Under the pieces are notes generated by a model, which saw only the letters and a program-made list of their open reading frames with translations, searched no databases and was not told the origin of the DNA. DNA of 42,785 nt from an uncultured Bacteroidales bacterium (GTDB taxonomy: Bacteria > Bacteroidota > Bacteroidia > Bacteroidales > TTA-H9), in the NCBI GenBank assembly GCA_937981455.1, contig CALJNV010000124.1, positions 1 through 42,785 of the forward strand, in the 5' to 3' direction. Positions 26,533 to 34,911 of the stretch are shown here, one piece after another (the stretch's first letter is position 1; each line of letters starts with the position of its first letter). The position numbers and the translations under genes were made by a program.

Positions 26533-27864
26533 CTAAAATACAATAGAAACTCCGTTTCCTTGTAATTCTTTTTGGAAAAGCCTGGCCAGTACCTCTTTCA
26601 CTTCTTCAATAGATGGACCAGGCTTGAAAACGTGGGAAGGCTGAAGATAATGGAGATTATGCGATTGCTTGAATAACTGTTCGCCACCACCCGTAATATT
26701 AAGCATGATTTCTTTTTGTGGATCGATAAGTTGGTTGGTTATTGCCTGCATTAAAGATGCTAAAGCCACGGCCGCAGCGGGATGAATATCTATACCTTCC
26801 GTTTCGGCAAAAAGCTCTGCCGCTGCAATGGCAGCAGTGTTGTTCACTTTGAAAATTTCACCATGGGTATCTTTCAATGCATCAAAGAGTCCACCGGCAA
26901 TACTATATGGAGGTCTGCGATTGGAGAGGACTTTGGAATAAATTTGTTCAACTTGGTGTCTGGCCACATCTTCATCGGTGGGCAAGAGCTCACGCGAACC
27001 AACTTTCCATGCATCATACATGGGGGTAAAGGGTTCGTTCTGAGAGACCATCAATTGCATCTTTTTATTCCCAAACCTTCCGTCGGCTAATAGTCTTAAG
27101 TTGGCTTCCCAGGCAGCAATAGCCCCTGTACCGCTACCCACAGCTTGAAAATAATAATCGGGAATATGGCCTATTACCGTGACGGCAGATAAAACTGTGG
27201 TGCCCATTCCATCGCGGCGAGCAATATTTTTGGCACCTCCCTCTGCTAAAAATCCTGGTAATGACGCTGCCTGGTTCGAAAGTGAAATGGCATCAAAATA
27301 GTCGCTTCCACTCGATGTACAAATCAGTTTAACCGTAGGAGCAAAAGGCCTGTCGCTCCACAGGGTATCTATGTTATCTTCGGGAACACACAAAAGCAGA
27401 GGAATATCATTATCTGAACAAATCCTTGCAAAAGCGCGTGCAGTATTTCCGGCCGAAGCCACGACTAAAATCTTTCCTGGATGACTCCCCAGGCGGCTAC
27501 ATACTGAATATGCTTCAAGCTCTTTAAAAGAACATGTAGTCATGCGAATACCACCAGCTGGCCAAAACCCGCTAAAAGTAATCCAGAGATTTTTTAAGCC
27601 CAATACACTGGCTAATTCCTTGCTTTTATAAGTAATTGGAGCCTCTGAACCTTCTATATATTGATGAAAAGGAAGCCAATCGACAAAACGAAAAATACCC
27701 CTATCCACACCTTTAAGGTTTAATTGCCGGCTATGGTATTCTGCCCTGATAAGTGTTGGGAGACTTTCATTGGGTGGATCAAGACTCCAGCCCTTATCAT
27801 CAAAAATTTCGCCAGTTCTTACAGAGCGCAGTTTATAAATTGTGGGAGCCAAAGAACTTCTCAT
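26533..27864 (-). CDS. Threonine-synthase-family (fold type II) PLP-dependent enzyme, possible cysteate synthase
   Basis: ~443 aa. The candidate PLP-lysine context is TTCSFKELEAYSV. A glycine-rich loop (AVGSGTGAIAAW) is typical of the ThrC/TrpB fold. The N-terminus (YKLRSVRTGEIFDDKGWSLD...LIRAEY) resembles what I recall of bacteroidetal proteins annotated as cysteate synthase. This has not been verified. I use the ATG at 27864, because the TTG at 27885 overlaps a promoter box. Confidence 0.6.
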   Translation of the reverse strand: MRSSLAPTIYKLRSVRTGEIFDDKGWSLDPPNESLPTLIRAEYHSRQLNLKGVDRGIFRFVDWLPFHQYIEGSEAPITYKSKELASVLGLKNLWITFSGFWPAGGIRMTTCSFKELEAYSVCSRLGSHPGKILVVASAGNTARAFARICSDNDIPLLLCVPEDNIDTLWSDRPFAPTVKLICTSSGSDYFDAISLSNQAASLPGFLAEGGAKNIARRDGMGTTVLSAVTVIGHIPDYYFQAVGSGTGAIAAWEANLRLLADGRFGNKKMQLMVSQNEPFTPMYDAWKVGSRELLPTDEDVARHQVEQIYSKVLSNRRPPYSIAGGLFDALKDTHGEIFKVNNTAAIAAAELFAETEGIDIHPAAAVALASLMQAITNQLIDPQKEIMLNITGGGEQLFKQSHNLHYLQPSHVFKPGPSIEEVKEVLARLFQKELQGNGVSIVF

Positions 27865-27882
27865 AAATATGTTTTGAAAATG

Positions 27883-27890
27883 CAAAAGTA
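27883..27890 (-). promoter_or_regulatory. Bacteroidota-type -7 promoter box (TACTTTTG) upstream of the ThrC-like gene
   Basis: Perfect TAnnTTTG on the minus strand, 19 nt upstream of the ATG at 27864. Confidence 0.45.
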
Positions 27891-27968
27891 AAAATATATA
27901 AAAAAATATAGAGCCTGCCTAATGAAACACCATGTCCCCTGGAAAACTCTAAATTTATAAATCACTAG

Positions 27969-30230
27969 CTAAGCCTGCCTGGCAGGGGCTGCCTGTATGA
28001 AATCGCGTTGCGATTTATAAAGTTGGATTAAAAAATTGGCAAGGTTCTTCGATTCAGCAAGCAAATTTAAAAAAAGAACAGAGTTTTTGGTGCCGGTTTC
28101 ATGCGCTTTGATCCGTTTTACCTGGGTTTTACGGGATTTTTCAATATCGTCTATCATTTTTTGCTGAAGAGCCACTACCTTTTCGCGGTGGGAATAATCA
28201 CCTGTTTCTACTGAAAACTTAATAGCGCGTGTTAACTTCTCAAAGTCATCACAAATATTTTGTAGTTCATTCTTTTGAGAAGGAATTAAGCCTTTATGAT
28301 TGTTTTCAACATGCTGTTGTACAGGGTCAGCAATATAGTTCACACAATGAGCTATCTCACGCAAAAAATCAATTACTTGTACATAAAAATGACCGGCTTC
28401 AAGAGCATCATCCTTCAGATGGTCCACTACATTATGAATGTTATTTTTCATTAATTTACTTTGTTTGTTGAATTCATAGACCTCTTCCAGAATCTTTTTT
28501 AGCTTTTTCCGGTCCTCTTTAAAAAGGGCGTTGAGTGTGCGTTTATAAAGAGAGAAAGCTTGATCAATAGAACGAATGATATCATCAGAGCATCGAGAGA
28601 CAATAGCATTGAGCGAGATTAACTCTGAAGTTTCGGCTAAATCTTTTGCTATTTGGTAATCTTTTTCCCGCTTCAGATAGCTTTTCTGCTGCTTGTAAAG
28701 AAGATAAGAGGCTAAAATCAATAAAGCAATAATTGCGTAAATTTCTCCATAGAAAATTATTGCAGCAAGTAAAAAACTAACGGTAAATGCAATAAAGGCA
28801 GTAAAAAACCATCCGCCAATGACCGTCATAACCCCTGCAACCCTGTAAACGGCACTCTCTCTGCCCCAGGCACCGTCGGCAAATGATGTACCCATTGCAA
28901 CCATGAATGTTACATAGGTTGTACTCAAAGGTAATTTGTGAGAAGTACCAAAAGCAATAAGCATAGAGGCTACCAACAGGTTGACACTTGCGCGGATAAG
29001 GTCAAATGAAATGCCTTTTTTGCGGGCCTCTTCTGATTCTTCACGAGGAGGGGGGCTGAATCGCAAAGAAAGAAAACGTACAAACGATGAAGGGAGAACC
29101 CTTTCGACAGAGTACCCTGTATTTATAAAGAAACGAACTAAAGCTCGTGAAAAAGCATTCGAAGGAAATTTTTCGATACCCTCATCCTGCCGGCTCAAAT
29201 CTACACTGGTGCTAATTACCGTTCTCGTCTTTCGCGAGAAAATCAAAGTAAGGCTCATTAATATACCGGCACCCAAAAGCAGATACCAGGGAGACTTTAT
29301 CGCTCCAGCCAACCCTTCCATGCTAAGAGTGTGCGCATCTGTGCCTGAATGAATATAAATTTTAAATGCCTCATACCCTGCCAGCGGAGCTCCAATAAAA
29401 TTCACTAGATCGTTCCCCGCAAAAGCCATCGCTAAAGAAAAAGTTCCTGTGAGTACTATAACCTTCAAAACATCTAATCGAATGACCCAGATAAGCAATT
29501 GAAAAATTATTGAAAAACCCAGAAAGCAATAGAGCAAAATAAGTGAAGTGTTCGTTTCGAAATATTGTAAAGTGGCTTCGCTAAGAAATGTAGTGCCCTT
29601 AGCTCCTTTAAGCACAAGAAAATAAACGATAGCTGTAAAAGAAAGTCCTCCCCATATACCTCCTAAATATTTTACCTTGTTCTTATAGTTGAAAGTAAAA
29701 AGAATTCGACTGAAGTATTGCACAATACTTCCAATAACAAAAGCAACTACAACCGACAAAAGTATACCTGAAATAATAGCCAGCACTTTTGAGGTATTAA
29801 TATACTGCGAAATACTTCCAACACTTCCCGTTACACTTAATTCTTTGAAGGTTGCAATGGAAACTGAAGCACCCAGCAATTCAAATATAACCGATACTGT
29901 GGTAGAAGTGGGTAACCCCAAACCGTTGAATGCATCCAAAAGAAGGACATCCGTTGTCATCACTGCCAGGAAAATATACATCACCTGGTTAAAATAAAAC
30001 ATTCCCGGATTAAATATTCCGCTGCGAGCTATTTCCATCATGCCACTTGAAAACAATGTTCCAACAAGCAGCCCAAGAAAAGCCACACCCATGATAATCC
30101 TCAATGAAGCCACCTTGCTTCCAATAGCTGAATTCAAAAAATTTACAGCATCGTTGCCTACTCCCACTATCAAATCAGTGATGGCCAATAAAAACAAAAA
30201 ACCCAGAATCAAATAATAAATTTGCTCCAT
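27969..30230 (-). CDS. PiT-family inorganic phosphate transporter fused to a C-terminal PhoU-like cytoplasmic domain
   Basis: Two PiT signature motifs are present (GVGNDAVNFLNSAIGS and FAGNDLVNFIGAPLAG) in a polytopic membrane region of ~510 aa. This is followed by a ~240-aa helical soluble tail (...DDALEAGHFYVQVIDFLREIAHCVNYIAD...) that resembles PhoU/DUF47-type domains. Confidence 0.8.
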   Translation of the reverse strand: MEQIYYLILGFLFLLAITDLIVGVGNDAVNFLNSAIGSKVASLRIIMGVAFLGLLVGTLFSSGMMEIARSGIFNPGMFYFNQVMYIFLAVMTTDVLLLDAFNGLGLPTSTTVSVIFELLGASVSIATFKELSVTGSVGSISQYINTSKVLAIISGILLSVVVAFVIGSIVQYFSRILFTFNYKNKVKYLGGIWGGLSFTAIVYFLVLKGAKGTTFLSEATLQYFETNTSLILLYCFLGFSIIFQLLIWVIRLDVLKVIVLTGTFSLAMAFAGNDLVNFIGAPLAGYEAFKIYIHSGTDAHTLSMEGLAGAIKSPWYLLLGAGILMSLTLIFSRKTRTVISTSVDLSRQDEGIEKFPSNAFSRALVRFFINTGYSVERVLPSSFVRFLSLRFSPPPREESEEARKKGISFDLIRASVNLLVASMLIAFGTSHKLPLSTTYVTFMVAMGTSFADGAWGRESAVYRVAGVMTVIGGWFFTAFIAFTVSFLLAAIIFYGEIYAIIALLILASYLLYKQQKSYLKREKDYQIAKDLAETSELISLNAIVSRCSDDIIRSIDQAFSLYKRTLNALFKEDRKKLKKILEEVYEFNKQSKLMKNNIHNVVDHLKDDALEAGHFYVQVIDFLREIAHCVNYIADPVQQHVENNHKGLIPSQKNELQNICDDFEKLTRAIKFSVETGDYSHREKVVALQQKMIDDIEKSRKTQVKRIKAHETGTKNSVLFLNLLAESKNLANFLIQLYKSQRDFIQAAPARQA

Positions 30231-30304
30231 AGATAAGGTTGATTACGAATACAAAACAGATTAAATTTTTACGCTCAAAAAGTTCCTCTTCGGATAGGTT
30301 CCTG

Positions 30305-30312
30305 CAAAATTA
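30305..30312 (-). promoter_or_regulatory. Candidate -7 promoter box (TAATTTTG) upstream of the PiT gene
   Basis: Perfect TAnnTTTG on the minus strand, 75 nt upstream of the ATG at 30230. Confidence 0.3.
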
Positions 30313-30488
30313 GAAATTGAAATTTGTATTCTAAAACGATTTAATTCAAAACTTATTAACACCAAATGTTCCCCGACTAATCTTTTGTAGTATATATTAT
30401 ACCCTGTCAATCAATACATAAATACAAATTTTACTTGATCATCTTTCATAGCATTAAGTGAATTTGGAGATTTTTTTCCTCTAGGGTC

Positions 30489-30517
30489 TTTGCGGGTTCA
30501 TTTTTTGTTTACCTTTG
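30489..30517 (+). promoter_or_regulatory. Promoter of the tetR-efflux operon: -33 TTTG (30489-30492) and -7 TACCTTTG (30510-30517)
   Basis: Both bacteroidetal promoter elements are present, separated by 17 nt. They lie 38 nt upstream of the tetR ATG. Confidence 0.5.
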
Positions 30518-30533
30518 CCGCCCATTTAATGAA

Positions 30534-30543
30534 TGAATATTCA
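30534..30543. promoter_or_regulatory. Perfect 10-bp palindrome TGAATATTCA, candidate TetR operator
   Basis: The sequence is its own reverse complement. The flanks extend it to an imperfect 16-mer (GAATGAATATTCACTC). It lies between the predicted -7 box and the tetR start codon. Confidence 0.4.
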
Positions 30544-30554
30544 CTCAAATATAT

Positions 30555-31139
30555 ATGGCACGAAATACTGACCCTTTGCGCCTCGATAACATTCATAAAG
30601 CCACCATGCACATGGTGGTTAAAAATGGTTATGGGGGAGCATCCGTTTCATCGATTGCAAAACAAGCAGGAGTAGCAGAAGGTTACCTGTATCGCTTTTA
30701 CAAAGGCAAAGCGGAACTTGTGAATGATCTATTTTATAAAGTTCTCAGCGAAGTTGCCGACCATATGGAGAAAGTCTTAATCCATGCACAAAATATTGAT
30801 GAAGTGCTTGACGAATTGCTGGATCAGATGCTAAAGCTCACCCATAATACCCCGGAAAAAATCATGTTTTTGTATAAGCTGATGCACGATCACAACTTTA
30901 GAATGGACGATAATTTGCGGGATCGTATTTTCGGGATTTGCAAGTATTTTCGGGAGTTTGGAGCACAAACAGGGCAGGTGGACCCTGAAATTTCAGAAGA
31001 GAACATTTATTTGCTTTGTGTGGCTTACCCCATTTCTTTTATCAATTCACGGCTCAAAGGTCTTTTCTATACTCAAAAACTCGATAAGGAAGAACTCATT
31101 GATGTTAAATCATTGATATTAAAATCGTTAAAAAAATAA
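30555..31139 (+). CDS. TetR/AcrR family transcriptional regulator
   Basis: 194 aa. The N-terminal HTH region is MHMVVKNGYGGASVSSIAKQAGVAEGYLYRFYKGKAEL, followed by a helical ligand-binding domain. It is the first gene of the efflux operon. Confidence 0.88.
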   Translation: MARNTDPLRLDNIHKATMHMVVKNGYGGASVSSIAKQAGVAEGYLYRFYKGKAELVNDLFYKVLSEVADHMEKVLIHAQNIDEVLDELLDQMLKLTHNTPEKIMFLYKLMHDHNFRMDDNLRDRIFGICKYFREFGAQTGQVDPEISEENIYLLCVAYPISFINSRLKGLFYTQKLDKEELIDVKSLILKSLKK

Positions 31140-31143
31140 TAGC

Positions 31144-32655
31144 ATGAAAATGAAGACTCTTATAGCGATGGCAGGATTGGTGTTGACCTTAGGAGCAGGC
31201 TACTTAAAGGCCCAGCGCCCGATTACCTGGAAAGAAGCCCTCGACCTGACGATAAGCAACAATCCAGCCTTGAAACAAGCCGACTTTCAAGTGAAGGAAA
31301 AGAAAGCATTGCAACAAGCTTCGCAAAGTTTATTCTTGCCCCAGGCCGATATCAGCGCAAATTACATGAAGCTTTCTGACGACATCCACCTCGATCTTAC
31401 ACCAGTGCGCGATGCCATCACACCTCTGTATGGAACCTTAGGAAAGTATGGAGTATTTGCGGGGGTTCCTAACCCCGACCCGGCAACTCAACATATTATG
31501 CCCATCTTACCCGATGACATCTCAACCCAGATTGTAAGGCAAAAAATGCTAGAAGGGTTGGAAAAGGTTCAAAATGGTGAATGGGATCAAATGATCCAGA
31601 AAAAAGAGTTTGCTACACTTCAGGCTTCCGTTAATTGGACGCTGTATGCCGGAGGAAGAATAAGGATGGCCAGCCGGGTAGCAAGTTTACAAAGTGAAGA
31701 AGCTGAATGGAAAAAAAGACAAGTGGTCGGAGATCTCATAGCAGAGTTAGCCCAAAGATATTATGGAGTAAATCTGGCATTACAGGCTGTCAAGGTAAGA
31801 GAAATGGTACTCGATGGCATGATGCGCCATTTAAATGATGCCACACGACTCCATGAACAAGGCATGATCGCAAAAGCCGAACTACTAAACGCAAAGGTAT
31901 ATACATCGCAAGCCCAGCGAGAACTCGACAAAGCCCGCCATGAATTGGAGACTGCTCGCGAAGCCCTTTGTAATACCCTCGGCCTGCCAGACAATGAAAT
32001 ACCTATGCCAATATCTCCACTATTTTACTTGGATAGCCTTCCCTCGGTCAATTATTTTCTGGATCAAGCCCTGCGCAATAATCCCCAATTGCGTCAGGTG
32101 GAGACAATCAGCCAGCAGACAAAAGCAGGAGAAAAAGCGAGTTTGGCCACTCTTCTTCCAGCCGTAGGGGTTAGAGGCAGCTATGATATAGCCAACAAAG
32201 ACCTTTCGGAACAAGCACCTCAATGGATAATGGCTGCGGGTTTGCAATGGACACTTTTCGACGGCACCGCCAGAATCAAAAGATTACAGGCGGCAAAAAT
32301 GAAAACCCATCAAGTAAAAGAAATTCAAAAAAAAGCAGAGGCTGATATAAACACAATGATTATCAAATTATATAATGATTTAAACATTTACCTGGAACAA
32401 ATATATCAAATCGAAAATGATCTAATGTTTACCGACGAGTTGGTAAGGGTGAGAGAAAAAGCATTCGAAGAAGAAATGGCTCCAGGCACCGACGTTACCG
32501 ATGCTCGGCTTTTGCAAGCAAAAACTCGCATAGAACGTTTACAGGCCATGTATGACTTTGATACTACTCTTGCCCGACTACTTCAGATTGCCGGTATGCC
32601 GGAACAATTTACCTATTGGCAGACATCGAATAAGGCAAAAACCGGATCACTTTAA
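31144..32655 (+). CDS. TolC-family outer membrane efflux protein
   Basis: 503 aa with a signal peptide (MKMKTLIAMAGLVLTLGAGYLKAQ). It opens with the ITWKEALDLTISNNPALKQA motif typical of OEP proteins. It has two coiled-coil/OEP repeats, the second beginning FLDQALRNNPQLRQ. Confidence 0.85.
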   Translation: MKMKTLIAMAGLVLTLGAGYLKAQRPITWKEALDLTISNNPALKQADFQVKEKKALQQASQSLFLPQADISANYMKLSDDIHLDLTPVRDAITPLYGTLGKYGVFAGVPNPDPATQHIMPILPDDISTQIVRQKMLEGLEKVQNGEWDQMIQKKEFATLQASVNWTLYAGGRIRMASRVASLQSEEAEWKKRQVVGDLIAELAQRYYGVNLALQAVKVREMVLDGMMRHLNDATRLHEQGMIAKAELLNAKVYTSQAQRELDKARHELETAREALCNTLGLPDNEIPMPISPLFYLDSLPSVNYFLDQALRNNPQLRQVETISQQTKAGEKASLATLLPAVGVRGSYDIANKDLSEQAPQWIMAAGLQWTLFDGTARIKRLQAAKMKTHQVKEIQKKAEADINTMIIKLYNDLNIYLEQIYQIENDLMFTDELVRVREKAFEEEMAPGTDVTDARLLQAKTRIERLQAMYDFDTTLARLLQIAGMPEQFTYWQTSNKAKTGSL

Positions 32656-32688
32656 TTCATTAATAATCAAACATAATTCTTCAACGCG

Positions 32689-33717
32689 ATGAATACATCA
32701 AGAGCAAATGAAATCAGGAAGAACGGCTTCATTCCAGCCGCCCTTGGGCTTGTTATTGTAGCCTTGTTTTTTAGCTATTCTGTTTGGATTCTATCCATTC
32801 CCAAACCTTTTGAGGTGCAGGGTGAGGTAGATGCTACACAAGTAAAAGTTGCTTCGAAACTCACAGGAAGGGTAGATAGTATTGCTGTACGAAAAGGAGA
32901 GAAGGTTGAAAAAGGCCAACTGCTTTTCATCATTCACAGTCCTGAAGTGGAGGCCAAGTTAGAACAGGCCAGAGCTGCCCTCGAGGCCGCTGAAGCCCAA
33001 AACCAAAAAGCCATCATAGGCGCACAGCGTGAAGACATTGAGGCAGCATATAACAGTTGGCTGAAAGCTGAAGCCGCCGCAGAACTTGCCGAAAAAACCT
33101 TCCGCCGCATCGAAAAGTTGTATCAGGATGGGGTAGTACCGGCTCAAAAACGCGATGAGGCAGAAACGCAATATAAAGTGGCCCGGCAAACCGCCCAGGC
33201 AGCAAAAGCACTTTACGATAAAGCTCTTAAGGGAACCCGTCCAGAAGATAAGCAAACGGCAAAAGCTATGGTTCACAAAGCCAATGCAACCATCAGCGAG
33301 GTAGAAGCCTATTTAACCGAAACCCGAATCTACGCCCCCATAGCTGGTGAGGTTTCAAACATTATTGCCGAAAAAGGCGAAATAGTTACTGCAGGCTACC
33401 CAGTACTGACCCTGGCAGACCTCAATGATTCCTGGATTAGTTTTAACCTGCGCGAAGATCTGCTGGCTGATATTCGGCAGGGAAGCCCACTCAAAGCATT
33501 TATTCCCGCTTTAGGGAACCAGGAAATTCAACTAAAAATAACTTATATCAACGCCCTGGGAAACTTTGCCACCTGGAACGCTACAAAAACATCGGGCGAC
33601 TTCGACCTGAAAACTTTCGAGGTGCATGCCCGCCCCCTAAAAAAAGTCGAAGGCCTGCGTCCTGGAATGAGTGCTTTGGTAGACTGGAATCAATTGAGAG
33701 CTTCTCAAAAAAAATAA
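32689..33717 (+). CDS. HlyD-family membrane fusion (periplasmic adaptor) protein, YbhG-like
   Basis: It has a single N-terminal TM helix, a lipoyl-like motif (VKVASKLTGRVDSIAVRKGEKVEKGQLLF), a long Ala/Glu/Gln-rich coiled coil, then IYAPIAGEVSNIIAEKGEIVTAG. Confidence 0.88.
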   Translation: MNTSRANEIRKNGFIPAALGLVIVALFFSYSVWILSIPKPFEVQGEVDATQVKVASKLTGRVDSIAVRKGEKVEKGQLLFIIHSPEVEAKLEQARAALEAAEAQNQKAIIGAQREDIEAAYNSWLKAEAAAELAEKTFRRIEKLYQDGVVPAQKRDEAETQYKVARQTAQAAKALYDKALKGTRPEDKQTAKAMVHKANATISEVEAYLTETRIYAPIAGEVSNIIAEKGEIVTAGYPVLTLADLNDSWISFNLREDLLADIRQGSPLKAFIPALGNQEIQLKITYINALGNFATWNATKTSGDFDLKTFEVHARPLKKVEGLRPGMSALVDWNQLRASQKK

Positions 33718-33723
33718 ATCGGC

Positions 33724-34899
33724 ATGAAAAGCCTCTTAAACTGCATCTTCGAAGTAATAAAACGTGAATATGAGCGGTTTAATAGTCGGGCCACCTATGC
33801 TTTTTTTGCATTTATTGGTCCATTGGTAGCTTTTACGCTTGTCATATGGCTTTTCTCGTACAATGTACCCCGAGAATTACCCGTGGCACTGGTGGATGAG
33901 GACTACACTACGCTGAGTCGAAAACTAGCCTCTGCTGCCAACGCCACACCTATTGCAGACCTACACTCCTATCCCGATTTCGCTGCGGCAAAGAATGCCT
34001 TGATGAAAGGGCAAGTAGATGCCATTTATTGGATCCCTGCGAAAACCGAGGAAAAATTGTTGAGAGGCCTGCAAGCTGACGTGGTGCTTTATCTCAACAA
34101 CACCAATGTACTCAAAGGAGGACTAATAACAGCAGGCATCATGAAATCGTGCTTAACCCTTTCGGCAGGTATTCAGGTGTTAAGCCGCACCAAAAGAGGG
34201 GAATCGTGGGAACAGGCCATTGAAGCGACCATGCCTGTAATGCCGGATACTCACATCCTTTTCAATCCCTACATCAACTATTCTTACTTCCTGGCTTCTA
34301 TGCTGATTCCGGTTATGTTAATCGTCTTTGTATTAATGGGCTCGACGTATGCCATCGGCACAGAGCTTAAGCAAGGCACAGGGCCTCAGTGGCTTGCTGC
34401 AGCCAGGGAAAACATCTGGGTGGCCATTCTAGGTAAAATGCTACCCTATACCCTTATTTTTCTCATTCAGGCCTGGATAATGGATTTATTACTATTTCAT
34501 TACCTCGAAGTTCCATTCCATGGACATTTGCACCTCTTGATTATAACTCAGATGCTACTCATTCTGAGCTATCAATTTCTTGCGGTTTTTCTGGTAGCTC
34601 TTACATCCAACCTCCGTCTATCTCTTTCTTTGGCTGCTGCCTACACCATGATGGCCCTCACTTTTTCAGGTCTCACCTACCCTCTGGCAGATATGCCACC
34701 TCTGGCCCGTAGTTTTGCCAATCTATTCCCGTTTACTTATTATTTGCAAAATTTTATTGGACAGGCCTTGCGCAATGAACCTATAGCCAATGGTCTCTCT
34801 CCTATGATGTGGCTCTGGGCGTTTATCGTACTGGGAACCCTTTTTGTGCCCAGGCTTCGATACATCCTAACCCATGAAAAATACTGGGGAAAAATCTAA
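33724..34899 (+). CDS. ABC-2 type transporter permease (YbhS/YhhJ-like)
   Basis: 391 aa. An N-terminal TM helix is followed by a large extracytoplasmic loop (VALVDEDYTTLSRKL...) and then about five C-terminal TM helices. It is paralogous to the next gene. Confidence 0.82.
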   Translation: MKSLLNCIFEVIKREYERFNSRATYAFFAFIGPLVAFTLVIWLFSYNVPRELPVALVDEDYTTLSRKLASAANATPIADLHSYPDFAAAKNALMKGQVDAIYWIPAKTEEKLLRGLQADVVLYLNNTNVLKGGLITAGIMKSCLTLSAGIQVLSRTKRGESWEQAIEATMPVMPDTHILFNPYINYSYFLASMLIPVMLIVFVLMGSTYAIGTELKQGTGPQWLAAARENIWVAILGKMLPYTLIFLIQAWIMDLLLFHYLEVPFHGHLHLLIITQMLLILSYQFLAVFLVALTSNLRLSLSLAAAYTMMALTFSGLTYPLADMPPLARSFANLFPFTYYLQNFIGQALRNEPIANGLSPMMWLWAFIVLGTLFVPRLRYILTHEKYWGKI

Positions 34900-34911
34900 A
34901 TAAGGGACTTT

